DNA of 63,161 nucleotides, counting the filler, from Octopus bimaculoides (lineage: Eukaryota): the NCBI RefSeq assembly GCF_001194135.2. It is 6 parts of 4 records of this genome, joined end to end, with 100 filler letters (N's around TTAATTAATTAA, not from the genome) between each part and the next. Parts side by side here need not be neighbours in the genome. Positions count along the whole stretch, not along the records: positions 20,273 to 33,675 come from NC_068984.1; 5 more parts are not named here. One strand, written 5' to 3'. The notes below the pieces were generated by a model, which searched no databases, was not told the DNA's origin, and worked only from the letters and a program-made list of their open reading frames with translations. Every line of letters starts with the position of its first letter. Positions within the stretch are counted from its first letter, which is position 1. Made by a program: the position numbers and the translations under genes. This document shows positions 21,682-33,522 of this stretch, in pieces.

Positions 21682-22400
21682 NNNNNNNNNNNNNNNNNNN
21701 NNNNNNNNNNNNNNNNNNNNNNNNNNNNNNNNNNNNNNNNNNNNNNNNNNNNNNNNNNNNNNNNNNNNNNNNNNNNNNNNNNNNNNNNNNNNNNNNNNNN
21801 NNNNNNNNNNNNNNNNNNNNNNNNNNNNNNNNNNNNNNNNNNNNNNNNNNNNNNNNNNNNNNNNNNNNNNNNNNNNNNNNNNNNNNNNNNNNNNNNNNNN
21901 NNNNNNNNNNNNNNNNNNNNNNNNNNNNNNNNNNNNNNNNNNNNNNNNNNNNNNNNNNNNNNNNNNNNNNNNNNNNNNNNNNNNNNNNNNNNNNNNNNNN
22001 NNNNNNNNNNNNNNNNNNNNNNNNNNNNNNNNNNNNNNNNNNNNNNNNNNNNNNNNNNNNNNNNNNNNNNNNNNNNNNNNNNNNNNNNNNNNNNNNNNNN
22101 NNNNNNNNNNNNNNNNNNNNNNNNNNNNNNNNNNNNNNNNNNNNNNNNNNNNNNNNNNNNNNNNNNNNNNNNNNNNNNNNNNNNNNNNNNNNNNNNNNNN
22201 NNNNNNNNNNNNNNNNNNNNNNNNNNNNNNNNNNNNNNNNNNNNNNNNNNNNNNNNNNNNNNNNNNNNNNNNNNNNNNNNNNNNNNNNNNNNNNNNNNNN
22301 NNNNNNNNNNNNNNNNNNNNNNNNNNNNNNNNNNNNNNNNNNNNNNNNNNNNNNNNNNNNNNNNNNNNNNNNNNNNNNNNNNNNNNNNNNNNNNNNNNGA

Positions 22401-22628
22401 ACCAGTGGAAGACACGCAAGATGTCGAAATATTGTTCACGAGATAGCAAATGGCACTCTTCTTTAAATTTTGACTCTATATCTTCAGGAGGAGTTACCTC
22501 AATCCTTTCTATATAAACGAAAATGAAGTAGATTGACAAATTTATTTTTTGAACCAGTGGAAGACACGCAAGATGTCGAAATATTGTTCACGAGATAGCA
22601 AATGGCACTCTTCTTTAAATTTTGACTC

Positions 22629-22632
<4 letters not shown>
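22401..22632. repeat. Direct duplication with 152-bp period (22401-22480 = 22553-22632)
   Basis: accagtggaagacacgcaagatgtcgaaat...ttttgactcta occurs twice. Confidence 0.9.
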
Positions 22633-22682
<50 letters not shown>

Positions 22683-22683
<1 letters not shown>

Positions 22684-24640
22684 TTGGTTTGGCTCAGGTT
22701 CGGTCTTATTCCTGGTATTAATTATGTAAGTAGCTGGTTACTATCTGTAACCTTAGGCATCTACAAGTTTTCAGCAGTGTTTCAAGTGCTCAGAACCCTC
22801 CTGATAATCCTTGCTGTCCTTAAGAGACAAACTTTCTGTAGGAGCTCTACCGGGCATTCTATTTCAGTCTCCCTCAGTCATTTGTCTATATCTTTGCTTA
22901 CTGTTCCTATTGTACCAATTATTATAGGCACGACCTTTACAGATCTCATACTCCAAATTCTTCCTATTTCAAAATTTAAGGGATTGTGTTTTTTTCCCCT
23001 CTTTCCTTACGATCCTGGAATCAAACGGGCATGATGGGTCAATACGTAAGCAACTTCACCTTCTCTTATCTATAATCGTTATGTCTGGTCTATTATTTTC
23101 TCACTTCTTGTCCTTTGAATAGGAAAGTTCCACAAAATCTTACATTTCTCCGATTCCAGTACTCTTCAATTCGATGATTGTACCATGTGTTTCCAGCTCC
23201 AAATCCCCATTTCTAGCACAATTTCCAGTGTAAAACTTTTACAACCTGGTCGTGCCTTCGTTTTTTATATTCTTCTGTCACAGTGTGTGCCACAGTCTCG
23301 TTCGAAGTTCCATAGGCTCTACATTTTTCTGATACATTCTCTCCTTATATATTTTTCTCAAGTTTGTTTTTATCGCTTGATCTTAGGCTGCTACAATTAG
23401 GCTGTCTGTGTCTTCTTTTAATTGCCCCTATTTTTAACCAAGTCCAGGATTTTGTTCCACATACGTCTCTCCAAAATTGGCCATGCAAAACTGGCTCTCC
23501 AAAATTGGCCATGCAGAGGTTTCTCTTCGATCAGTTGTTTCTCATTTTTCACATAAACCTTTATATCATCCATGGAAAGGAAATGATTTACCTGACCATT
23601 TTCTTTTCCCAAATCGTAAGCGATTTTAACTTTTCGTAGTATCACAGTAAGCGATGTCATGGTCAATACGAATAATAATGGAGGTAAGCTATCACCTTGG
23701 AACATTCCACGATTGATGTTCACTTTTCCGAATTTTTATTTTCCTCCGATCTATTCAGTATTCCAATGTTTCATACTTTCATTAAGCATTTTCTCCATGT
23801 TATTTGCTATTCCAAACATTGTTTTACTTATCCAACTATGTGATACCATGTCATATGCTTTTTTTGTAATCTAGCCATGCTACATTCAATCCCGTCAATA
23901 TGCGTCTCTTACCCCTTAATTATCGCTTTCTGCTACTGCTGTATCACTCTCCTTCTGCTCTTTGCTCTTTTCTTTTATTATGTTTCTCTGAATTTCTTCA
24001 ATCTCTACTCTTGTAATCCAGTCGTTCCTACGGATTGCTCTTGCTTGGTCTATCAGTGACTGGACAGATGCTTCACAACCTCTTTTTTAATCGCATATTA
24101 TCTTTATTCGATTCATGAAGCCTCTTTTATTTGACTCACTTCTCAGCCAGCACTCTATTACTATTTTGTTTACATCCTTTTCCCATTTCATTCTTTTTCT
24201 TTTGCACTTTTTCTCTATTATCATTATTATTTACAGTGGAACGTGTCTTGTTGCCCCAAATTTTGTGTTTTCCGAACTCTTTGAGCGTTTATTTGCTTAA
24301 TTTTTTATGTTTGTAAGGAAGAGGAGCTTATCAACTTAAGGTGTAAAGAGCTTATCAACTGATTTAAAGCGTAATTGTTTTGAGAAATGGAAAACATCCA
24401 ACATCCCAATCGCAATATTACTAGTGGTAGTGGTAAGGACATTATTTCAGATGTATATTTGGATTGCTTTGATAGACAGAGTGGCCCTGTATTTGTTTAG
24501 CTCCTTGTTAGGTCCTCCTGTATCAAGAGGCTATATTCTCTTCGATCTGTATGCCATATTTACCTTTACCTTTTATCTCGTTCAATCTTGTCTTCTTCCG
24601 ATTTCTGTATAACTCCAGTACTTTATGTATCCGGTTTTTG
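22683..24640 (-). mobile_element. R4/Dong-type RLE LINE remnant (N-terminal region, RT, CCHC/RLE, 3'UTR)
   Basis: MAWLDYKKAYDMVSHSW; INRGMFQGDSLPPLLFVL..NHFLSMDDIKVY; KRRHDQVVKVLHWKLC; IWSMRSVKVVPIIIGTIG..TARIIRRVLST*; (AAT)n tail. Confidence 0.9.
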
Positions 24641-25395
24641 TAATGTCAACTTCAGACGTTAATTTGCTGCATACCAATGAAGTAATTCAAAAGAAATTCT
24701 TAGTGAATAATATAAACCATGGGGAGAAGGAAACTTGATTCCTAGTACCAAATAATGGTTTAAGACAGTAGATGGTGATTTAAGGTAGATTTGGTTGCTA
24801 TTTCTTGCATAACACTCGACCACACAGACGCTCTCCCGTTAGCAAATCTTTTACTCTTTTCTATTTGTTTAATTTGTTTCGACTTAATAAGGATGAATTA
24901 TCTTAAAAACGGAAGGTGTCTAGCATGGGACTAATTATCATTGCGATGTAAACGATGCGCTATAACTGACTAACTACCAATCCTCTTTTTATTGCTCATG
25001 CATATATATATATATATCCCACGTTTTTTCACATCAAATAAAACTTCCTGTTTTAACGACTGTTTATCAGTAAACAATGATTCCATTATTTTTCGGTCGT
25101 CACTAATTTAATTACGTCATTTGTTAGCACCCACGCATTGAATGTTTTGCTCTTTCTCTCTCTCTGTATGTGTGTGTGTGTGTGTATAATTATACATGCA
25201 ATTAAATATGCATACACACGCACACAAGCATACACACATATATAAAATGGGTGGGTGTAAGCACATATAAGTAAATACATACATGCACATCATATATATA
25301 TATATATATANNNNNNNNNNNNNNNNNNNNNNNNNNNNNNNNNNNNNNNNNNNNNNNNNNNNNNNNNNNNNNNNNAATAGATAGATATATAGATA

Positions 25396-26525
25396 GAGTG
25401 TCTCAAAAATGCATGCACACTTTAACAGCTGTAGCTCGTTTAAATTTCATTTCTTTTTAGATTTAACCCATTAGAAATAATGAAATGAGCCAGACTAAGC
25501 TTTGAACATGCTACTACAAGTTTAAAAATGCAGTGCAAAGGTAGTTGAAGAAGTTTCAAACAGATCTACCATCACTCGAGTTAGAGATATCTGCAAAACA
25601 GATAGAACTGTTCAAAATGTCCACAAGAAATGTTCTGGAAGCTACTAGGAGCCGCTTGCCTGAGTTCAAGAAACTCTTTGCTGCAAGCGGCTCATGAGAT
25701 AGGAATTTCAATATCATGCATCCATCAAATTTTGAAACGCTGCCATTGGAAGTCGTACATACAAAGTATAGACCATGCTCTCACTGAAGATTGTCCGGGT
25801 CGAAAAGTAGTGTTTTATGGGTGATACTTAGCAATAGTTATAGAAAATGCACTTTCCAACATGGAGAGGCTCGACTGAAATTAAATAGCTCAATAAACCA
25901 CCACAATTGCGCTACAGAGCACTTGGAATCCGCATGTTTTGGTGAACAGTACGGCGTTGCTTAACATCAAATGTATTAAATGAACCATTCTTTTTGACGG
26001 TACTGTGACTGGTCCCATTTACTTGACCTTCCTTTGATAATCTGTCATACTAAGAATACAAGAATGTTTTGAAGATGTGGGATTTTATTTGCAGTAAGCG
26101 GAACACCCACACAACAATAGTATCATAAGGACTTAGTTTGACGAGGTTTTGTCAAACAGGTGAATTGGAAGAAAAAACTCAGTAGATACCCTCTATGTTC
26201 CTCAGACCTTAGACCAATAGAAAATGTTTTGATGGGGATACTTAAAAGATAAATATTACGGTACAAAACTAGCAACAGTTCATTAAAGGCAGCTATTTGA
26301 CGAGAATGCGCACAAATAGCAAGCGAAATGTTTTTTGATTTTTGTGATTCTGTTGATTCGCATTACAGAAGTGTATGGGCTACAATGATCATTGGTTTGG
26401 AAACAGGTGTTCATAAAAAATTATATTCTGTCAGTAGATTCTATCAATTTTTCAGAATGAAATGTATTGTAATAAACTAACTTTATAATCATTCAATGTG
26501 TATATATACTTTTTAGGATACCTTG
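25396..26525 (+). mobile_element. Tc1/mariner fossil (DD37D/maT-like), TA-flanked
   Basis: TIRs gagtgtctcaaaaatgcatgcacacttt and revcomp caaggtatcctaaaaaagtatatatacacatt; transposase remnants HWKSY..HALTED..RKVVF, GEARLKLN..NHHNC, PFFFDGTVTG..YL, IGRK..SDL.P..WGYLKDK. Confidence 0.75.
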
Positions 26526-26639
26526 TATGATATATGCATGTATACACACACATAGATTTATACATAAATACAAGGTATCCTAAAAATATATACATTAAAA
26601 CTAAAGTTTTTAGCGTCTAATTCAGTAGATGAATTTGTT

Positions 26640-26725
26640 GGCGGACAGTTTAGCTTAATGGTAAAGCACTCAGTCGGAGTCTTTGAGGGGCATGGGTCCG
26701 AGTCTCATGGCTTGTTGTTGATAAA
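26640..26725 (+). other. tRNA-like SINE head or tRNA pseudogene
   Basis: A-box tagcttaatggtaaagca and B-box-like gggtccgagtctc; no convincing cloverleaf or acceptor stem. Confidence 0.45.
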
Positions 26726-27269
26726 TTTTTCTGCCTTGTAAGGGTAATTTACCCAGTATTTCTGGTGTTGGAAAAATATTTTCTTATTTGCATCGTACAA
26801 TACGTCTTTCGACGCTTCTAATATAAAAAAAAAATATTTGTTCATTTACATTCATACACACATGGTGGTTATATATATATATATATATATAATGTTGGAT
26901 GGCCGTTGGTTACTAATGAGTTCCTTTGACGGGTCTTATTTTTCGTCCCGACGGGTTTCCAACAAACATTCTCCTCACNNNNNNNNNNNNNNNNNNNNNN
27001 NNNNNNNNNNNNNNNNNNNNNNNNNNNNNNNNNNNNNNNNNNNNNNNNNNNNNNNNNNNNNNNNNNNNNNNNNNNNNNNNNNNNNNNNNNNNNNNNNNNN
27101 NNNNNNNNNNNNNNNNNNNNNNNNNNNNNNNNNNNNNNNNNNNNNNNNNNNNNNNNNNATTTTTATTTTATATAGTATTTTATATACTTATATATTTTGT
27201 TTTATTTACATTGTAAATATTAAAATTTAAAACATTTTATATATTTAATTTCATATCTTAGGAGGAAAA

Positions 27270-29995
27270 TGGGATCCTCAGCCGTGGTGAAGACATCCCG
27301 TCTAGGAGAGGATAACTCTGATATAAAACTAGGTCTTTGACTGCTGAGGGTCTCCTTAACAAGGCTGTACTATCAGCAAACTCTGACTCATTGGTTAGAC
27401 TAGGCTCTCCAGCTTGTTTATAGCAGCTTGTCTAAGAGATGGAAACCTCTGAAGAAAAACCTGAGGTGCGATGTTCTTGATATTGTGGCATATATATGCA
27501 GCATATTCTTGCTATCATCACTTGCAAAAAGTGTGGCTGGTTCTACACAAGCCATCAATACTTAATTCAAATCATGTCTAGGTTTTCTGACGATTGACAT
27601 TCATTCATTCAGTAACCGCACAGTTCCAACTTGCAAAAACAAAAGGTCCTCTGGCGAGAGAGTAAAAGCAGTAAGGACAAGTAAATGATATTACTGGAAG
27701 TCTCTTGCTGGATCACTACACAGTCGGCGACCATTGGGTTATGGCCATTCTAGCACAAAACTTGTGAGTAACTGTGATGTCCGTGTCCTCCAGTGGTAAC
27801 AAAGCAGCCCTAAATATCGCTTAGTCACCTTAAACTTGGCAGCACGCTGCAGCTGTCTGGTTTTTCAGTAACACGGTGGAAGCATATAGAAATCTAAGAA
27901 TGTTGACCTTGGTTCTTGGAATGTTCACACTCTCAAAACAATCAGCACCAAAACGAAAAACAGCACTGGTTGCCCTTGAACTAAAGAAATACAACACTGA
28001 CAGCTGCACCCGGTGAAACTCGTCTTGCAGGATCATCACAGTTAGAAGAAAGTAAAGGTAGATACTTATTTTTTTTTTTGGTTTGGAATAAATGAGGACG
28101 AGCCACGCCACTCTGGTGTTGGTTTCGCCATCAAAGCATAAATAGCTAGAACTCTTGCTTCTCTACCCAAAGGTATTTCTAATCGCATCATAACTTGATC
28201 ATAACACTCGTGCTACGCTTATCAGTTGCTATGCTTCAAACATGGTCAGCACTGAGCAGGAAATGGATCGATTTTACAATCAACTCCGCGATGTCATCTC
28301 CAGTTGTCACCACAGAGATAAAGTTATTCTCATGGGCGACTTTAACGCTCGTGCTGGTACTGACTATCAGACATGAGAAGGTGTACTTGGTTGCCATGGT
28401 GTAGGACGAATGAACTCCAGCTGTCTGCGTTTGCTCTCCATCTGCAGGGAATTCAGTCTAAGCATCACAAATACCTTTTTTTCAACAAGGAAATAGTTGC
28501 AAGACTATGTTATCACTAAGAAGTGAGATATTAGGGACTTTAACATTACACGTTCTTTTCATAACACCTGTTATCTTCCTGACCATTGTCTTATTCGTAG
28601 TAAGGCTACGCTCCATCTGAAATACACGAGTACAAAAGTCATGCTTTAGCGCATTAATTTCTGTCGTTGAAAACCACTGAAAAGCAGGCTGAGCTTGCTA
28701 TCAAGCTGGACACTGCACTCAACACTGTTGATATCAGTGATGGCATTGAATCATCTTGGAAGGCTCTGCGTTATGCAACACATACTGCATCTCTAAAGGT
28801 TCTTGGACTTCCTATTTATAAATATCAAGATTGGTTCAGGGATAACAACAGGGATGTCCAGTAGTTGATAGAATGCGCATCTCTCATAAGACATGGATAA
28901 ATAAGAGCTCATTCAGAAAAGTGAGTGCTTATAAGAAATGCGGAGGCAAGGTCCAACGTGTTCTGAGACAGATGAAGGAGGTATGGTGGTCTTCTAAGGC
29001 TACTTAACTCCAAGAAGCTGTGGACAGAAAGGATTCTCAAGCCTTTTAGAATGACCTCAACAAGCGTATGGTCCTCAAGAGCACGATGTTACACCTATTT
29101 TTTCATCTAACAGAGAGATACTGTTAACTGACAAATCCGACACCCTAAACGATGGAAAGATCACCTCGAAGCCGTGTTGAACACTCCATCTCAGTCACTA
29201 ATGATGACGTCATAATATCTATTCAGAACTATGAAATACTGGAATTGTCTGTGGAGCTAACCTTTCTGGAAGTGGTAAACTCCGTTAAACTGGTCTCTCC
29301 TGGTAAAGCACCTAGCAGGGATGCTGTCACGTTTGAAATCTACAAGCATGGTGGACAGAAGCTTTCCAAGAAATTGCATATCCTTTACATAAATATTTGG
29401 ATGGTAGGCCGTGTACCACAGGACTTCAAAGATGCCTCAATTCAACATCTTTATAAGTACGAAGGAAACAGAAGTGTCTGTGATAATCATCGCGGGATAT
29501 CGTGCTCGACTCATTCTTGACAGAATCATCAAACACGTCGTAAATGACATCTATCCAGAATCACAGTGTGGGTTTCGCTCTGGTCGTGATACTATCGGCA
29601 TGATCTTTTCCCTTCGTCAGATCATGGAGAAGGTAGTGAGAAAAATCAAGAATTGTTCATGTTGNNNNNNNNNNATCATCGCGGGATATCGTGCTCGACT
29701 CATTCTTGACAGAATCATCAAACACGTCGTAAATGACATCTATCCAGAATCACAGTGTGGGTTTCGCTCTGGTCGTGATACTATCGGCATGATCTTTTCC
29801 CTTCGTCAGATCATGGAGAAGGTAGTGAGAAAAATCAAGAATTGTTCATGTTGATTGTTGACCTTACTAAGGCCTTCGATATTATTAACCGGCATGCAAG
29901 TTTTGAAAAAGCTTGGTATGCCTGACAAGATGTTGAATGTTATCATCTCCTTTCATGAGGGAAAGAAAGCGGCTGTCATTTCCGGCGGGGTATCA
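27270..29995 (+). mobile_element. RTE (BovB-like) LINE, 5'UTR plus AP endonuclease plus RT start; truncated at a (CA)n tract
   Basis: cccgtctaggagaggataactctgat 5' motif; GSWNVHTL..KRKTALVALELKKYN..ETRLAG..SGVGFAIK; GKAPSRDAVTFEIYKHGG..PQDFKDASI..LYK..DNHRGIS..PESQCGFRSGR.TIGMIFSLRQ..VDLTKAFD. Confidence 0.9.
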
Positions 29996-30012
29996 TCCAC
30001 ACTCATACACGT

Positions 30013-30043
<31 letters not shown>

Positions 30044-30149
30044 AACACACTAACAGATAAACAACCAAACCACACACATACACACATACGCACATACACG
30101 CTCTGTTATTACACACACACACACACACACGGATCCGCGCGCGCGCATA

Positions 30150-30425
30150 CATACTTACCTCCCTCTCTTGTACTCTCTTGTCTTAGAAAGAACTTTTTCT
30201 CCACCCTTTCCCTTCCGGTCATTCCACAATGTAACCTCGTGTATATCGTTGGCGATTTTTTTCTTCCTCCGTCTTCCCTTCTTTGGAATTTCCTATATTT
30301 CCGACGAAGAGCTCCGCTCGAAACGTCAAATTCTCTTTCTTTCCTTTCCCGAGCGTCCAGTAACACAATATCTGTATCACGTCCTCACGTTGTTGTTTTT
30401 TGTTGTTTTTTTGTCGTTTTTGTTT
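30150..30425 (+). mobile_element. Solo Penelope pseudo-LTR
   Basis: Pyrimidine-rich tract, then gaagagctccgctcgaaacgtc and ttcccgagcgt; same layout as 40630-40860 and 51935-52085. Confidence 0.7.
30297..30331 (+). ncRNA. Minimal PLE-type hammerhead motif (U4C variant)
   Basis: attt-CCGACGA-a-gagc tcc gctc-GAAACGTC-aaat; palindromic ACGT stem III. Confidence 0.55.
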
Positions 30426-30489
30426 TTTGAACTCACTATATATATATATATAATACAAACACATATACATGTATGTATGTATATTCATA

Positions 30490-30820
30490 TCTATTATATA
30501 AAAGTCACTGTCTTTATGTGTGTTCGTGTGTTACTTATACATTCAAAACTATTGCACCGATCCTAATGAATTTGGAACACAAAATCCAAGCCTAAAAGTA
30601 GTATGGAAAGATATAGTGCGGCAGGTTCAAAACGTTGACTTTAATGATAACTTTAACGAACACAAAAAGAGGTCTTCTAAATTAGAACAGGAGGTAATAA
30701 ATGAAATAGCAGGAAGCTATCTAATGATTATTGCATCCGAATCCATTTACGAGACTGAGTTTTTTTTATATATGTGCAATAACATTGCTAGCTTAACGCA
30801 AGAAGCTGGAGCTGCACAAT
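30490..30820 (+). mobile_element. Possible non-autonomous Helitron/DINE-like element
   Basis: Starts TCTATTATATAAAAG, then tgtgtgttcgtg..aaaactattgcaccgatcctaatgaatttgg; the 3' hairpin-CTAG is decayed. Confidence 0.4.
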
Positions 30821-31039
30821 AAAGACAGAAGTAAACGTGTGCGTGCGCGAGCGCGCAAAAGTGTGTGTGGCGGCCTGAGCTCACAGCTTCAAAAATAAAG
30901 TTGTTTCTTCATAAAACTATCTCGCAGATTATCGTAGATATCAAGTGCACCACAATCAAGATATACACAAGACATCAAGAAGGGTTAAAAGAGAAACTAG
31001 GAAAGCGGTTTGGAGGCTCAAAATCTAACACTTTAAATT

Positions 31040-32152
31040 TTAGACTTCACTAACTGAAAGAAGATTCTTAAAATTTGCACCTGCAGATTATGAATGAAAA
31101 ACTCTGAATAGATTGATTGCTAAAGATTACAAAACAAGTCTAGCAAAGCTAAATATCAGTAAAAAATCACCATCAAGAGAGCAAATAGAAAGTCACAGGT
31201 AATCAATTTAGGAAAGGAATGATGGATTCAATAAAAAAGGATGATTGGATAGATACTGCAAACTCTATGAAATTGACGGTGCAGTACCTGAAACGGCCCT
31301 GAGAAAAATACCAACAGGAAATCCCCAGGCCCAGATCTCATTATAGAATATTAGTTAAAAAACCTCAATCTTCTATTGATGAGATTTAATAAGACTGTTT
31401 GAGGAGAGTGTCGAGGGCTCATTAAAATGCCAACATGGCTATCGACAGCAGTCACCTATTTCATCTCCCAAAATAGCCAAACCACCAAAACTAAAAATTA
31501 TTGCCCAATAGCCTATAAAAACATTATGTATAAGATGTATACTGGCTACCTAAACTTGTTTCTATAGGACCAATGTACCACTAACAATACTTTAACCTCA
31601 GAACATGCTGCGGGAAAGAAGGCAGTGTGGTGATATATTTGAGCACCTACTAGTTAGCAAAATGATACAAGAAATAGTGCTAAAGAATCACAAAATCTTG
31701 GCTATGTTATGGTTGGACAATAAAAAAGCCTTCAATAGTGGTGGATTATCAAGTCATTGTAATTACTCAGTCTCACCACCACTAGTAGCTGCCATCCACC
31801 ACCTAACCAAGAACTGGTACACATCCTTACTTCTTAGAGGCAACAATGAAGATATCAAATCCGACATTATACACTGCCAAATAAAAGCATCTTTCAGGGT
31901 GATGATAGCTTCTATTCTTTGTACTCTAAGCAAAATCCCTGTCATACCTACCTAATTACGAAACACAGCAGCTATAGGAATGGGTCCAGTAACATCTCAC
32001 ATCTTTCTGTTGTTGATGACCTGAAGCTGCATGGGCCAAATATTAACCTCATCAAAAAGCAACTGGACCTCATAACCCAATTCTCTAAAGTCATTACAAT
32101 GAGATTTAGTGCCTCCAAATATGCATTTTTAGAAGTAAAACGCGGCGAACTT
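31040..32152 (+). mobile_element. R4/Dong-type RT remnant
   Basis: KSPGPDLI; KNYCPIAYKNIMYKMYTG; HLLVSKMI..LAMLWLDNKKAFNS; ISHLSVVDDLKL..MRFSASKYA. Confidence 0.85.
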
Positions 32153-32222
32153 GTATGTATGTATGTATGTATGTATGTATGTATGTATGTATGTATGTAT
32201 GTATGAAAGTATGCTTGTATTA

Positions 32223-32260
<38 letters not shown>

Positions 32261-32443
32261 NNNNNNNNNNNNNNNNNNNNNNNNNNNNNNNNNNNNNNNN
32301 NNNNNNNNNNNNNNNNNNNNNNNNNNNNNNNNNNNNNNNNNNNNNNNNNNNNNNNNNNNNNNNNNNNNNNNNNNNNNNNNNNNNNNNNNNNNNNNNNNNN
32401 NNNNNNNNNNNNNNNNNNNNNNNNNNNNNNNNNNNNNNNNNNN

Positions 32444-32599
32444 CGACCACTAATGTGGACAATTAATGCGCTAGAAATAGATCACATTTTGTGTCTATTA
32501 AGACCTAAAAAGTTCTCAACATGTTGAAAACTTTTTAGGTCTTAATAGACACAAAATGTGATCTATTTCTAGCGCATTAATTGTCCACGTTAGTGGTCG
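32444..32599. repeat. Near-perfect ~156-bp palindrome (foldback)
   Basis: Arms centred on caacatgttg (~32521); 2 mismatches plus 1 indel; the left end runs into the gap. Confidence 0.9.
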
Positions 32600-32611
32600 A
32601 CGTTATTTTTA

Positions 32612-32677
<66 letters not shown>

Positions 32678-33288
32678 GTGCGTGTGTGTAAATACATACA
32701 TATGTATAAGTACTGTAAAAGCAGCATAAATTGCATAGGAGGTGCTCAAGTATGGCCACAACCTTAGAGATGGAAGTAATAAAGGAGTACATACATACAT
32801 ACGTAACCTAATAATATTTTCTGCAAATTTTCTTTTCTTTATTCTTCCATCTAGCTTCCCATAACCTTTACTCTCTCTTCTTTACTTTTCTTTTATGCAT
32901 TTTCATGTATACAATTCGCCTGTTTCTCTTCACTATTGCTTTTCAATTCGTTTTTTTTTTCGATATCTTTCTATTCCGTTTCTCCTCTCACCAAATCTAA
33001 TTAATTTCCTTAAGACCATTTTAGATTTCTAGAGTTATCTTACTACCTGGCTTTCCATATATGTATATGCGTATATTCCCGTTTTTGCTATCGTATGTAT
33101 GTATATTTTCGGTGTGCCCAATAATGAATGTGCTTAGTAAGTGTGTGTATGGATTTGTTATAGTGTGTATGTGTCTGTCGATGTTTTAGGATGTGTGTGC
33201 TCTTCTGTATGTGTGTGAACGCTTGTTTATGTTTACAAGTAGGGATCGTAAATGTCTGTTAAAGCATATATATCTATCTGTATGTTTC

Positions 33289-33522
33289 AACGAGCTGGCA
33301 GAAATGTTAGCACGCCGGGCGAAATGCTTAGAGGTATTTCGCCTGCCGCTACGTTCTGAGTTCAAATTCCGTCGAGGTCGACTTTGCTTTTCATCCTTTC
33401 AGGGGCGATTAAATAAATAAGTACTAGTTACGCACTGGGGTCGATATAATCGACTTAATCCGTTTGTCTGTCCTTGTTTGTCCCCTCTATGCTTAGCCCC
33501 ATGTGGGCAATAAAGAAATAAA
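33289..33522 (+). mobile_element. SINE family A, full-length, tail type 1
   Basis: cgagctggcagaaatgttagcacgccgggcgaaatgcttag..gttcaaattcc..gtcgactttgc..ttgtcccctctatgcttagccccatgtgggcaataaagaaataa. Confidence 0.9.

Noticed and set aside
26640-26725. Functional tRNA gene
   Set aside because: No acceptor stem or complete cloverleaf, and the B-box is mutated; kept only as a SINE-like head.
29495-29850. Exact ~170-bp direct repeat in the RTE RT
   Set aside because: Identical copies either side of a 10-N gap; unmerged contig overlap.
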